Source: Flavobacteriia bacterium
Lineage (GTDB): Bacteria; Bacteroidota; Bacteroidia; Flavobacteriales_D; Crocinitomicaceae
Assembly (NCBI GenBank): GCA_046301895.1
Contig: JBKCJG010000008.1
Span: 961-64,960, forward strand
Length of the DNA: 64,000 bases
Reading direction: 5' to 3'
The notes under the pieces were generated by a model. That model did no database searches. It worked only from the letters and a program-made list of their open reading frames with translations, and was not told the origin of the DNA. The position numbers and the translations under genes were made by a program. Positions 25,681 through 34,543 of the stretch are shown here, one piece after another. Within the stretch, counting starts at the first letter, position 1; every line of letters begins with the position of its first letter.

Positions 25681-26254
25681 ATTTTCTATTCAAACGAATA
25701 ACCCAGATTCCAATGCCTGTCAGTACCGCCAGTAAGGTGATCGGAGGCATCCCTAAAGGCCATTTAACTACTTTGAGCCAACCGGAATAACCGATGATCA
25801 TTGGATGGAAAATACTGACCAGTACACCATACTTTCCTAATCTGAACTGCCAGGCTTCATTCGGATAGCTTTTCAAAGCCGCGACAAGGGGAAATGAAAA
25901 GATCAGCATTGAAAGGGCTCCCAGAGAAAGAGCTATGTACCCTTGCGTGTTGATTTGATGTTCTGTGAACAGTTTGGAATAGTGTTCCTCAGAAAAAAGA
26001 AAAAGTACCGATACAGCGTGCATGAACGCAAAGGATACTCCTGTCAATCCCAGATCTCGGCGGTTGAGGTTCCATTTCTGAAGAGTGGGTGTTTTCAGAA
26101 TGCTCAGTGCAACCAGTGTGAAACCTGTCCAGGCGATGGACTTGTTTAGAATAAAGTACCAGTCATCGATCGGAACATCTGCGCCAATGTGATAGCGAAT
26201 AGCTGCGTAACCATAAAAAAGCAGGAATATGACAAAAGTAAACCGGACCATCAA
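25679..26254 (-). CDS. Integral membrane protein, 5-6 TM, with conserved His in TM helices (ferric-reductase/MsrQ-like topology, tentative)
   Basis: Hydrophobic profile. FAFMHAV and SIFHPMI. Four-nt overlap with truA. Confidence 0.55.
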   Translation of the reverse strand: MMVRFTFVIFLLFYGYAAIRYHIGADVPIDDWYFILNKSIAWTGFTLVALSILKTPTLQKWNLNRRDLGLTGVSFAFMHAVSVLFLFSEEHYSKLFTEHQINTQGYIALSLGALSMLIFSFPLVAALKSYPNEAWQFRLGKYGVLVSIFHPMIIGYSGWLKVVKWPLGMPPITLLAVLTGIGIWVIRLNRK

Positions 26255-26985
26255 TAGATTATTTTCCAGAGGAAGAGTCCGTGCGCTGGAACGGAGGTTG
26301 ACGCCTCTCCGCGATCTTTCGCTTCAAGGATCTTTTTAATGTCATCCGGTTGGATCTTGTCCAATCCCACATCCAACAATGTCCCGACAGTAGCTCTTAC
26401 CATGTTCCGCAGGAAGCGATCAGCGGCGATCTCGAAGTACCAGCGATCATCGTCGTGCTTGACCCATTCCGCTTTTGTGACGGTGCAGATGTTGGTCTTC
26501 ACATCCGTATGAAGTTTAGAGAGCGAAGTAAAATCCTGTTTCCCAAGAAAGTGTTGGGCAGCTTCATTCATTTTTCCGAAATCCGGTTCCTGCGGAAAAT
26601 ACCAGCTCATCTCATTGATGAAAGCATCTTTTTTCAAATGAATGAAATAACGATAGGTGCGTTCCTTGGCTCCGAACCGCGCATGATCATCAAAACTAAC
26701 TTCTTGAATGCCATGGATCACGATCGAGTCTGGAAGCATCCTGTTCAGTTTAAAGATGAGGTGCTTGGTGTCTCCAACATTTTCCAGATCCACATGCAGA
26801 AAATACTGTTTTGCATGAACCCCTGTATCAGTCCTTCCGCACCCGACGATAGGGATCTCTTTGTTGGAATGCAGTTTTGAAAGCGCATTTTCGATCTCTT
26901 CCTGAACAGAATGTTGCCTGGGCTGACGCTGCCAGCCGTAATAATCCGTTCCGTTATAAGAGATCTCGATGAAATACCGCCTCAT
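26251..26985 (-). CDS. truA: tRNA pseudouridine(38-40) synthase
   Basis: MRRYFIEISYNGTDYYGWQRQ...GCGRTDTGVHA...FLRNMVR. Start chosen at 26985 because a -7 box lies at 26990-26997. Confidence 0.9.
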   Translation of the reverse strand: MRRYFIEISYNGTDYYGWQRQPRQHSVQEEIENALSKLHSNKEIPIVGCGRTDTGVHAKQYFLHVDLENVGDTKHLIFKLNRMLPDSIVIHGIQEVSFDDHARFGAKERTYRYFIHLKKDAFINEMSWYFPQEPDFGKMNEAAQHFLGKQDFTSLSKLHTDVKTNICTVTKAEWVKHDDDRWYFEIAADRFLRNMVRATVGTLLDVGLDKIQPDDIKKILEAKDRGEASTSVPAHGLFLWKIIY

Positions 26986-26989
26986 GTGG

Positions 26990-26997
26990 CAAAGGTA
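26990..26997 (-). promoter_or_regulatory. -7 box TACCTTTG (minus strand) ending 4 nt before truA ATG 26985 (predicted leaderless)
   Basis: Plus strand reads CAAAGGTA. Confidence 0.5.
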
Positions 26998-27063
26998 CAA
27001 TTTCAATCAGCATAAAAAAACCGACCCCAAGAGAGGCCGGTTTTTGGTTCAATGCAATGTGGA

Positions 27064-29061
27064 TCATTCGATGTAAAGAACTTGTCCATGCTGGTAGTCT
27101 ACCGAATAATTGAATTGCAGTGTTTTGCTTTGAGATGGACTCAACAAGAAATTCCAGGTTAGGATACTTGTCTTTTCATCCAGGGTAGCTTCAGCAAAAT
27201 CCCCTTGTTTTACTTTTATATCATTGTTCGTTGAGATCGGGAACTGGTCCTTGATCAGGATCGGAATGTTTGCACCACCGTTGTTCTTCACCTTGATCTC
27301 CCAGGTCACTTCGAATTTCTGACGTGATCCGATCACTTTGTTTGTACTTTTCTCCTGGATACGCTTGCGTTCGATCTGGATCTTGTTGTCCTTGCCTAAA
27401 GAGAATGACAGGGTGTCCTTCGTTGAGTTGACATCGATGTAGGTCTTGCCAATGAAAGTACCGTCAAAATATAGGTTCGATTCCCCGTTCAGTAAGTTCA
27501 GCTTTTCCCATCCTGAAACCTGTGCCGCCAGATAAACGGACGGATCCATTTTCGGAGCAGCGTGGTATTCGTAGCTTGCCGGCAACTCGTAGTTTGAAAT
27601 GTGCACCCTGTGATCGACACCGTCTGAAGGTATCGTGAATTTGGACTGGATCGCATATTCAACACGCAGGTCCTTTTGCGTAACGGTTGTTGTAACATTG
27701 CTGGACCAGGAGTACGATGCACCACTTGTTGCAGATAGTGTCATTGAGTCACCATTTGCCAGGTATGCCTCACTTCTTGCCTTGTTCTTTCTGGATCCGC
27801 GAGTTGTCACCCCGGGTATTCTTTGAATATCCTTTGCATCCAGTTTATCATACATTGCGGTACCATCATAGTCTGCTGCCATATTGCGTTCATCCATGAT
27901 CATAACCTCTTCCAGAACGATATCTTGCGGTTGAATAAAGAACTTCAGATAAGGAGCTGTGATCCCTAATTGAATGGAATTATAACCAACATACGAAGCC
28001 GTTACAAATCGCTCACCTTTCGGAACAGTGATCTCGAACTTACCGTCGAAATCGGTTACTGCTGACACATTCGGATTGGATGGGAAGGTGATTCGAGCAA
28101 ACGGCAACGGTTCTCCGGTGGATGCATCGATCACTTCTCCGCGCAGTTTTTCTCCTGAATAATCGTATTGCGGGATCGAACGCTGATAAACGTTCTTTTG
28201 CTGCGGATAGTTGTAATAGGAAAGGTACCATGGATTCAGGATCGGCTCTTTCGAATTCTCATAGGGATCATTTGTTGAAAGAACCAGGTCAACATTATCC
28301 CAGGAAATTCCGGTCGTTTGATTTACCAATGCTTTTGCTTCAAGGCGAACCGGCTTACCGATGCCGTCACTGCGCATATCATAGTAAGGTTTCCAGGATG
28401 CGTTCGGAGAAATGTAGGAGAAGAAGAATTCACCTTTAGTTGCACTCTCCACGTCAATTTCTACGATGATCTCGGTGTAATTGGTTACAGGCTTACTGCG
28501 CTGACTGACGATCTCCTGCTCGATGCGGTTCATTTCCTTGGCCAGTTCTTCCAGCTCATTGTAGACAGCAGTCTGACGAGTATTGATCTCTGTGAGCTTC
28601 TGATGCATGAAGGTATAAGCTTCTTTGAGTTCTGCAACTTTCAACCCCTGATCATTGCCTTTCAGATCACGGTTCTTCATGAGAAGGCTTTTGTCCAAGG
28701 CAAGGATGTCATACTCATCGCGCAAAGCCTGATCACGCAATTCTAACTTGTGCTTTTTTGTATTGAGTTCTGAAATCTCTGAATTGGTCATTTTAAGATC
28801 CTCATAATTCTTACGGGTGCGAACTGAAAGGATCGTAAGATCACCTTTTGCTTTAACTTGAACCGAGTTCGGATCAACGAAGTCCGTTAATTTTTGAAAT
28901 ACGATCTCCTGCTTACCGGGCTTAAGTTCTGTTGAACGATAATGTTCGATCTGTGCACCCTGAAAAAAGACGGTCACTTTCTCGATCTCGGAAGTGAGTC
29001 CTGTTTCTTTTTGAGCGTAAACCGCAGCCGACATTAAAAGGAATAAAATGGTAGTTCTCAT
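27064..29061 (-). CDS. DUF4139/MuiA-family (TIGR02231-like) secreted protein with a coiled-coil segment and an inserted carboxypeptidase-regulatory-like domain
   Basis: Signal peptide. N-terminal VTVFFQGAQIEH, coiled coil at aa 90-190, ASWKPYYDMR. Insertion GEVIDASTGEPLPFARITF...TDFDGKFEI. C-terminal DHRV...YEYHAAPK. Confidence 0.7.
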   Translation of the reverse strand: MRTTILFLLMSAAVYAQKETGLTSEIEKVTVFFQGAQIEHYRSTELKPGKQEIVFQKLTDFVDPNSVQVKAKGDLTILSVRTRKNYEDLKMTNSEISELNTKKHKLELRDQALRDEYDILALDKSLLMKNRDLKGNDQGLKVAELKEAYTFMHQKLTEINTRQTAVYNELEELAKEMNRIEQEIVSQRSKPVTNYTEIIVEIDVESATKGEFFFSYISPNASWKPYYDMRSDGIGKPVRLEAKALVNQTTGISWDNVDLVLSTNDPYENSKEPILNPWYLSYYNYPQQKNVYQRSIPQYDYSGEKLRGEVIDASTGEPLPFARITFPSNPNVSAVTDFDGKFEITVPKGERFVTASYVGYNSIQLGITAPYLKFFIQPQDIVLEEVMIMDERNMAADYDGTAMYDKLDAKDIQRIPGVTTRGSRKNKARSEAYLANGDSMTLSATSGASYSWSSNVTTTVTQKDLRVEYAIQSKFTIPSDGVDHRVHISNYELPASYEYHAAPKMDPSVYLAAQVSGWEKLNLLNGESNLYFDGTFIGKTYIDVNSTKDTLSFSLGKDNKIQIERKRIQEKSTNKVIGSRQKFEVTWEIKVKNNGGANIPILIKDQFPISTNNDIKVKQGDFAEATLDEKTSILTWNFLLSPSQSKTLQFNYSVDYQHGQVLYIE

Positions 29062-29080
29062 AAGTATTAAGTTTTTAAAT

Positions 29081-29110
29081 AAAAAAGCATCACGTGAAAG
29101 GTGATGCTTT
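29081..29110 (-). terminator. Terminator after the TPR/PD40 gene
   Basis: GCATCAC (29087-29093) pairs with GTGATGC (29101-29107). The minus-strand U-run corresponds to plus AAAAAA 29081-29086. Confidence 0.7.
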
Positions 29111-29149
29111 CAGGATGCCATTACATCCAAAATTCCATAAGGTTCAAAA

Positions 29150-30556
29150 TTATTTTCCTTCAGGCAGGGTGTATCCGGACATATCAACCTGGTATATGTC
29201 CATACTGGCTTTTTGACCGATTATTTCAAAACTCGACATAACTGCCTTTTTCAATTCTGGATAGTACTGGAAGTGTGTGTCATTGTTCACCGTATTTACC
29301 ATGATTCCCAAGTTTATCGGATTACCCCAGGAACCTCCTTTGTTCTCAGCAACGTATATATCTAATCCCCCCATCCCCGGGTGACCATCCGAACTGAAAA
29401 ACAGGAAGCGACCGTCTGGAGTAATAAAAGGTGTCGTTTCTCGGCTGATAGTGTTTACATTGAAGGGAAGCGGATTCGCTTCACCCCATGATTTCCCAAT
29501 TTTTTGGGTAACATAGATATCGGTAGAGCTTTTGTTTCCTTTTCGGTCTGAAACGAAATACATTGTGTTTCCGTCAGCAGTCATAGTCGCGGATCCTTCA
29601 AAGAATCCGGTATTAATTGACTTGCTGTTGATACGTTTTGGAGTAGACCATTTGGTTTTGGTGCTCATGTCAATGGTAAATAGATCGGAACCTTTCGTTG
29701 TCTTTTTTGCGCCTGTTGCGGTTGTGTTGATCGTCATAATTCCATTAAGACCATCTTTTGAAATAAAGTTGACCGCATCGAAACCGTCAGAATTAATACG
29801 GCCCAATTCGTTTGAAATACTATCCCAATCCTGCGTTGCGTCATTCCATACAGCATGATAAGTATCCTCGAAGTATTCTTGATCATCTGGGTTCATAGAT
29901 CCACCTTTGGTATCGCTTCTCCTTGAAACGAAATACAGTGTTTTTCCTTCATTTGTAAGAATAGGATTATAATCGTTGTACCCTGAATTTACAGAACCAA
30001 GGGAAACTTTCGCGGATCGATTAGTGCCTGCCATTTCTGCTTTTGCAAAAAGTGCTTGCTGCAGATTAAACTCAATTTTTTTATAGTATTCTTTCATGCC
30101 CGGATTAAGACCTGTTTCAAACCCTACCCGAACTTTCAGGTCGCCTATCAACTTTTCGAAATAGAAGATGGCAGAATCCAAATTTGATGAGCGATGATGC
30201 GCATTTCCGAGCAATTCATATACTTCGTCTTTAACACTGTTTTTATCATTTGACAGTGCGTCTTGGGCATATTTCAGAGCAAGACCATAATTATTCATCG
30301 TGTAATGACATTGTCCAACCCAATATACTGCCTTCCAGCTATTTGGATCTTTTAGTGCTGCTTCACGAAATTTGTTTAATGCGTCACGGAACTTCCCTTC
30401 ATTGAATAGTGTTCGACCTTCATCAATCATGTAAATTGCAGATGATTTATCGACTAAACTGGTTGTTGAGTCTGGAGGAGTATTCATTGACTTGGACGAA
30501 AATGCGCTTCCGATAATGAAAAGTGTGAAAATTAGTGCCAGACGAAATTTGAACAT
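29150..30556 (-). CDS. Periplasmic TPR plus WD40-like (PD40/TolB-like) beta-propeller protein
   Basis: Signal peptide MFKFRLALIFTLFIIGSAFS. TPR strings (ALNKFREAALKDPNSWKAVYWVGQC). PD40-like repeats (LYFVSRR, MYFVSDR, LFFSSDG). Confidence 0.8.
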   Translation of the reverse strand: MFKFRLALIFTLFIIGSAFSSKSMNTPPDSTTSLVDKSSAIYMIDEGRTLFNEGKFRDALNKFREAALKDPNSWKAVYWVGQCHYTMNNYGLALKYAQDALSNDKNSVKDEVYELLGNAHHRSSNLDSAIFYFEKLIGDLKVRVGFETGLNPGMKEYYKKIEFNLQQALFAKAEMAGTNRSAKVSLGSVNSGYNDYNPILTNEGKTLYFVSRRSDTKGGSMNPDDQEYFEDTYHAVWNDATQDWDSISNELGRINSDGFDAVNFISKDGLNGIMTINTTATGAKKTTKGSDLFTIDMSTKTKWSTPKRINSKSINTGFFEGSATMTADGNTMYFVSDRKGNKSSTDIYVTQKIGKSWGEANPLPFNVNTISRETTPFITPDGRFLFFSSDGHPGMGGLDIYVAENKGGSWGNPINLGIMVNTVNNDTHFQYYPELKKAVMSSFEIIGQKASMDIYQVDMSGYTLPEGK

Positions 30557-30672
30557 AGTCCTTGTTTTTATGTGATTATAAATTCTGAATAGAACATACA
30601 AAAGAAAGCATTTTTTACGTCACCGAGAAATTTGATAAAGACAAAATTCATGAGTCATTTACATTCAACGGA

Positions 30673-31497
30673 TTATCGTTTCTTTTTCAAACTGACAAGA
30701 TCATTCATTGCAATAGTTGAAGCCACAATTGCCAATATTGGTGCAGCGGATGCAGCTATCCAAAGCAGGACATGAAGGAGCAGCTCTCCTATGCTGAGCA
30801 GGACGTTCTTTTCTCCAAAGCCGGTCAAGCTGAATATTATGCCAAGATTCACAGGTACGAGGATCATGGAGGAGTAAACAGCTCCTAAAGAGATGGCCAA
30901 ACCCCAGTGACTCCTCACGAACAAAACGCTTTCATTGATATTCAGTTTTCGACGTTCATTGACATAATCAATGAAACTAAAACCATAATAGTAGAATGCA
31001 ATTCCAAAAATAAGGTAGAAGACGGGGGAGCTCTTTGGATCTTTCCACCCTAGAAAAGAAACGACAAAAATGATCAGGAAGAACAAATATTGCCAGAGTA
31101 GATTTCGCAGCGCGATCCTAACCCCTCTCTTAATATCCTTCAGGAACTGACCCATTTCAAATGGATAGATATTCCCGGTGAGTTTGTGCTCCGTTTTCTG
31201 ACTTAAATGCGCAAGCAGCGGAGACAAAATGATGACTACTAGGTATTTTGCAAAGTTCATAAGGAGTAAAGCGATGGAGATTTCCAAAAGCAGCTGCAGC
31301 ATGAACCAAACAATCTCGTTCATATTACTCACATGAGGAGTGTACTGTTTTGCCTTGATCATTTCCCCAAGTTTGTAGATCCCGATCATGAAAACCGCAG
31401 GTATAAGAATGTACCAGTAAATCTTGTGGGTTTTGATAAAGAGGATTGCCTTCCAGTAGGATCGCAGCCCTAGAAAAAGATCTTTCAGGAATTGCAT
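30673..31497 (-). CDS. EI24/CysZ-like integral membrane protein
   Basis: MQFLKDLFLGLRSYWKAILFI followed by multiple TM helices. Start chosen from the adjacent -7 box. Confidence 0.6.
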   Translation of the reverse strand: MQFLKDLFLGLRSYWKAILFIKTHKIYWYILIPAVFMIGIYKLGEMIKAKQYTPHVSNMNEIVWFMLQLLLEISIALLLMNFAKYLVVIILSPLLAHLSQKTEHKLTGNIYPFEMGQFLKDIKRGVRIALRNLLWQYLFFLIIFVVSFLGWKDPKSSPVFYLIFGIAFYYYGFSFIDYVNERRKLNINESVLFVRSHWGLAISLGAVYSSMILVPVNLGIIFSLTGFGEKNVLLSIGELLLHVLLWIAASAAPILAIVASTIAMNDLVSLKKKR

Positions 31498-31500
31498 GAT

Positions 31501-31508
31501 CAAATGTA
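31501..31508 (-). promoter_or_regulatory. -7 box TACATTTG (minus strand) ending 3 nt before ATG 31497 (predicted leaderless)
   Basis: Plus strand reads CAAATGTA. Confidence 0.5.
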
Positions 31509-31550
31509 ATGAAAGATGCATCATCGGCCCAATTTTCCTGATGCTTTTCT

Positions 31551-31558
31551 TATCTTTG
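31551..31558 (+). promoter_or_regulatory. -7 box TATCTTTG, candidate purB promoter (48 nt upstream of the ATG)
   Basis: Exact TAnnTTTG. Confidence 0.4.
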
Positions 31559-31606
31559 CCTTTTCATTTAAGCAAATGAAGAACTTGATCTAATCAATTT
31601 GAAAGA

Positions 31607-32959
31607 ATGAATTTCAGCAGCTTAACGGCAATTTCGCCTATCGATGGACGCTATCAGTCAAAAACAAAGGAATTACAACCGTATTTTTCAGAATTTGGAC
31701 TCATCAAATACAGGGTAATCGTTGAGGTTGAATACCTTATTGCCTTGGTTTGTTCCGGTATCGAACCGTTAAAGGACTTTCCACGTGACAAATTCGAGGA
31801 TCTCCGATCGCTATGTTTTCAATTCTCTGAAGAGGATGCAAATTGGATAAAAGAGACTGAAAAGGTGACAAATCATGATGTGAAAGCCGTTGAGTATTTT
31901 CTCAAGGAAAAATTGACTCATCTTGGCCTTGAGAAATACCTGGAATTTGTGCATTTTGGATTAACTTCTCAGGACATCAATAATACCAGTATTCCACTTT
32001 CACTAAAAGAGGCTGTCCATGAGCAATATCTTCCTTTAATGGAAAAGTTAATTGCTAAATTGACAAGTTTTCAGAATGATTGGAAAGATATCCCAATGCT
32101 GGCAAGAACGCATGGTCAGCCGGCATCACCAACAAGATTGGGCAAGGAGGTCAAGGTATTTACGGAGAGGCTGTCAGTTCAGTTAGATCAATTGAGAAAG
32201 ATTCCGTTCTCAGCAAAATTCGGCGGAGCCACCGGGAACTTCAATGCCCATCACGTTGCATTTCCGGATCATGATTGGGTTTCCTTTGCAAATTCATTCG
32301 TGAATAACATCCTCAATCTGAACAGGAGTCAGACAACTACTCAGATAGAGCACTACGATAATCTGGCAGCATTGTTCGATTGTATGAAGCGGATCAATAC
32401 AGTCATTTTAGACCTTGATCGAGATATGTGGACCTATATCTCCATGGAATACTTTAAGCAAAAACTAAAAGATGGTGAGATCGGATCATCTGCAATGCCG
32501 CACAAAGTCAATCCCATCGACTTTGAAAACTCAGAGGGTAATATTGGTATCGCAAATGCTCTTTTCGAACATTTGTCAGCGAAACTTCCTGTTTCACGTC
32601 TGCAGCGTGACCTCACGGACTCCACCGTTTTGAGAACTGTAGGTATGCCGTTGGCTCATACGTTCATTGCTGTTAAGTCTACACTGGTTGGCCTGGATAA
32701 GCTTCTTTTAAATGAGGATGCTTTCGCAGAAGACCTTGAAAATAACTGGGCAGTTGTGGCGGAGGCCATACAGACTGTACTTCGTCGTGAGGGATTCCCA
32801 AAACCGTATGAAGCACTAAAAGGGTTGACTCGAAAGAACGAGGCTGTCACGAAAGAATCGGTTCATTTGTTTGTCGATACACTTCAAATATCAGATGCTT
32901 TGAAGGCAGAATTGAAAGCGATCACACCACACAATTACACCGGTGTACAACTGGTGTAA
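31607..32959 (+). CDS. purB: Adenylosuccinate lyase
   Basis: SPIDGRY, HFGLTSQDINNT, signature GSSAMPHKVNP. Length 450 aa. Confidence 0.95.
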   Translation: MNFSSLTAISPIDGRYQSKTKELQPYFSEFGLIKYRVIVEVEYLIALVCSGIEPLKDFPRDKFEDLRSLCFQFSEEDANWIKETEKVTNHDVKAVEYFLKEKLTHLGLEKYLEFVHFGLTSQDINNTSIPLSLKEAVHEQYLPLMEKLIAKLTSFQNDWKDIPMLARTHGQPASPTRLGKEVKVFTERLSVQLDQLRKIPFSAKFGGATGNFNAHHVAFPDHDWVSFANSFVNNILNLNRSQTTTQIEHYDNLAALFDCMKRINTVILDLDRDMWTYISMEYFKQKLKDGEIGSSAMPHKVNPIDFENSEGNIGIANALFEHLSAKLPVSRLQRDLTDSTVLRTVGMPLAHTFIAVKSTLVGLDKLLLNEDAFAEDLENNWAVVAEAIQTVLRREGFPKPYEALKGLTRKNEAVTKESVHLFVDTLQISDALKAELKAITPHNYTGVQLV

Positions 32960-32974
32960 TTCTAACTTGGTCCT

Positions 32975-34543
32975 ATGAGAATCCTTCTCATTATTTTAAC
33001 CGCTATTTTACCAGTTGTTCTGATCGCACAGGGATATCTGATAGATTGGAGCGATATGGAAAATAGTTCGGGGAGTATGATGGAAATCCTTCCAAGAAAA
33101 GGTAAGAATTTCTATGCTCTGCGCTATACGGGAGGTGCCGTTATGGGAACATATAAAGTTTCTAATCATTCAAATTTCAAACTTACCTCTACGGGCAAGA
33201 TCATGATGAAAGTAGAGTCGGGGATGGCAAATTTTGAAGGGGTAGAAGTTATTGGTGGAAAACTTATTGTGTTCCTTTCAGACAAACGTGAAGGTATTAA
33301 TCATATCTACATGCAGGAATATTCTGAAGAATGTGTGCCGTTCGGTCCCTCAAGAGAGATGGCCAGTTACGTTTTGGAAAAAAACAGTACCAGAGGTTCT
33401 TTTAATATCATAAGTTCCCGTAATAAAGCTTTTTTTGGATTGGTTTGGGAGATTCCCGGCAGAAAAGAGGAAAAGGACCGATACGGGTTCAAGATTCTTG
33501 ACGATGAATTGAGCGAGGTTTCCGAAGGCGATTATAAATTACCCTTCAGGGGTGATCTATCCTTAATCAGTGAGTACTATCTTTCGAATACGGGAGACTA
33601 TTTTATTTCGGTAACTGAGTATTCTCTTCAGGATGATAAAAAGATTTTCAAAGGCTACATGAACTACAAGGCCATGCATATCCTTCATATAACTCCGGAG
33701 GGTATCAATGATTTCAGACTTGACCTAAAAGGTAAAAGGGTAGAGGCAATGAGCCTGAGTTCGGATAATGACAGGGTTTTTACCATAACGGGAATCTATG
33801 GAGAAATTGCTAAAGCAGGGGTTTTAGGGTTATTCTATTTGAAGTTAGACTATGATAAACAAGCAGTCATAGATGAAGGTTCGGAGGAGTTTTCGAAGGA
33901 TTTCATTGTGCAAGACTGGTCGGAAAGAGATAAAGAAAGAGCTGAAAGACGAGAAGCAAAAGGATGGGGAACTCCGCAACTTTACAGTTATGTCATGAGG
34001 CAAACAGAAGTTCTTGGTGATGGCAGTATTGTTGGATCTCTTGAACAGTATTATGTGCAGGAAGTAAGCTACAATGATCCTCGAACAGCGATGGTCAGAA
34101 CTTATTTCAACTACTACTATAATGATATTATTGTATTCAAGGTGAATCCTGAGGGCGGTTTTAGTTGGCTCAAGAAGATCAATAAATATCAGGTTTCAAC
34201 AAATGATGGGGGGCCTTATAGCTCGTATGCACGATTTCTCGATCAGGGGAAGCTATGCTTCATCTTTAATGATCACATTAAAAATTACGATGATACCGGA
34301 TTTTTTATTCCGGGAAGTAAGATTTATCCTGCCAATTTCACAAAGAAAAACAATGTAGTGTCTATCGTCAAGGTTAATATTATTGATGGATCCACAGAAA
34401 GAAAGACTTTCTTTGATCGGAAGGAGATCCAGGCCTTGGCTGTTCCAAAACTATTCCAAATAGACTATCGTTCTAAAGAGATGCTCTTCTACGCCGTCTA
34501 TGGGAAAAAGGAAAGGTTTGGACTACTTTCTTTTAAGGATTGA
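32975..34543 (+). CDS. Hypothetical secreted or anchored protein, 522 aa
   Basis: N-terminal hydrophobic segment MRILLIILTAILPVVLIAQ. No motif recognised. Sits 15 nt after purB and abuts the lnt stop codon. Confidence 0.65.
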   Translation: MRILLIILTAILPVVLIAQGYLIDWSDMENSSGSMMEILPRKGKNFYALRYTGGAVMGTYKVSNHSNFKLTSTGKIMMKVESGMANFEGVEVIGGKLIVFLSDKREGINHIYMQEYSEECVPFGPSREMASYVLEKNSTRGSFNIISSRNKAFFGLVWEIPGRKEEKDRYGFKILDDELSEVSEGDYKLPFRGDLSLISEYYLSNTGDYFISVTEYSLQDDKKIFKGYMNYKAMHILHITPEGINDFRLDLKGKRVEAMSLSSDNDRVFTITGIYGEIAKAGVLGLFYLKLDYDKQAVIDEGSEEFSKDFIVQDWSERDKERAERREAKGWGTPQLYSYVMRQTEVLGDGSIVGSLEQYYVQEVSYNDPRTAMVRTYFNYYYNDIIVFKVNPEGGFSWLKKINKYQVSTNDGGPYSSYARFLDQGKLCFIFNDHIKNYDDTGFFIPGSKIYPANFTKKNNVVSIVKVNIIDGSTERKTFFDRKEIQALAVPKLFQIDYRSKEMLFYAVYGKKERFGLLSFKD

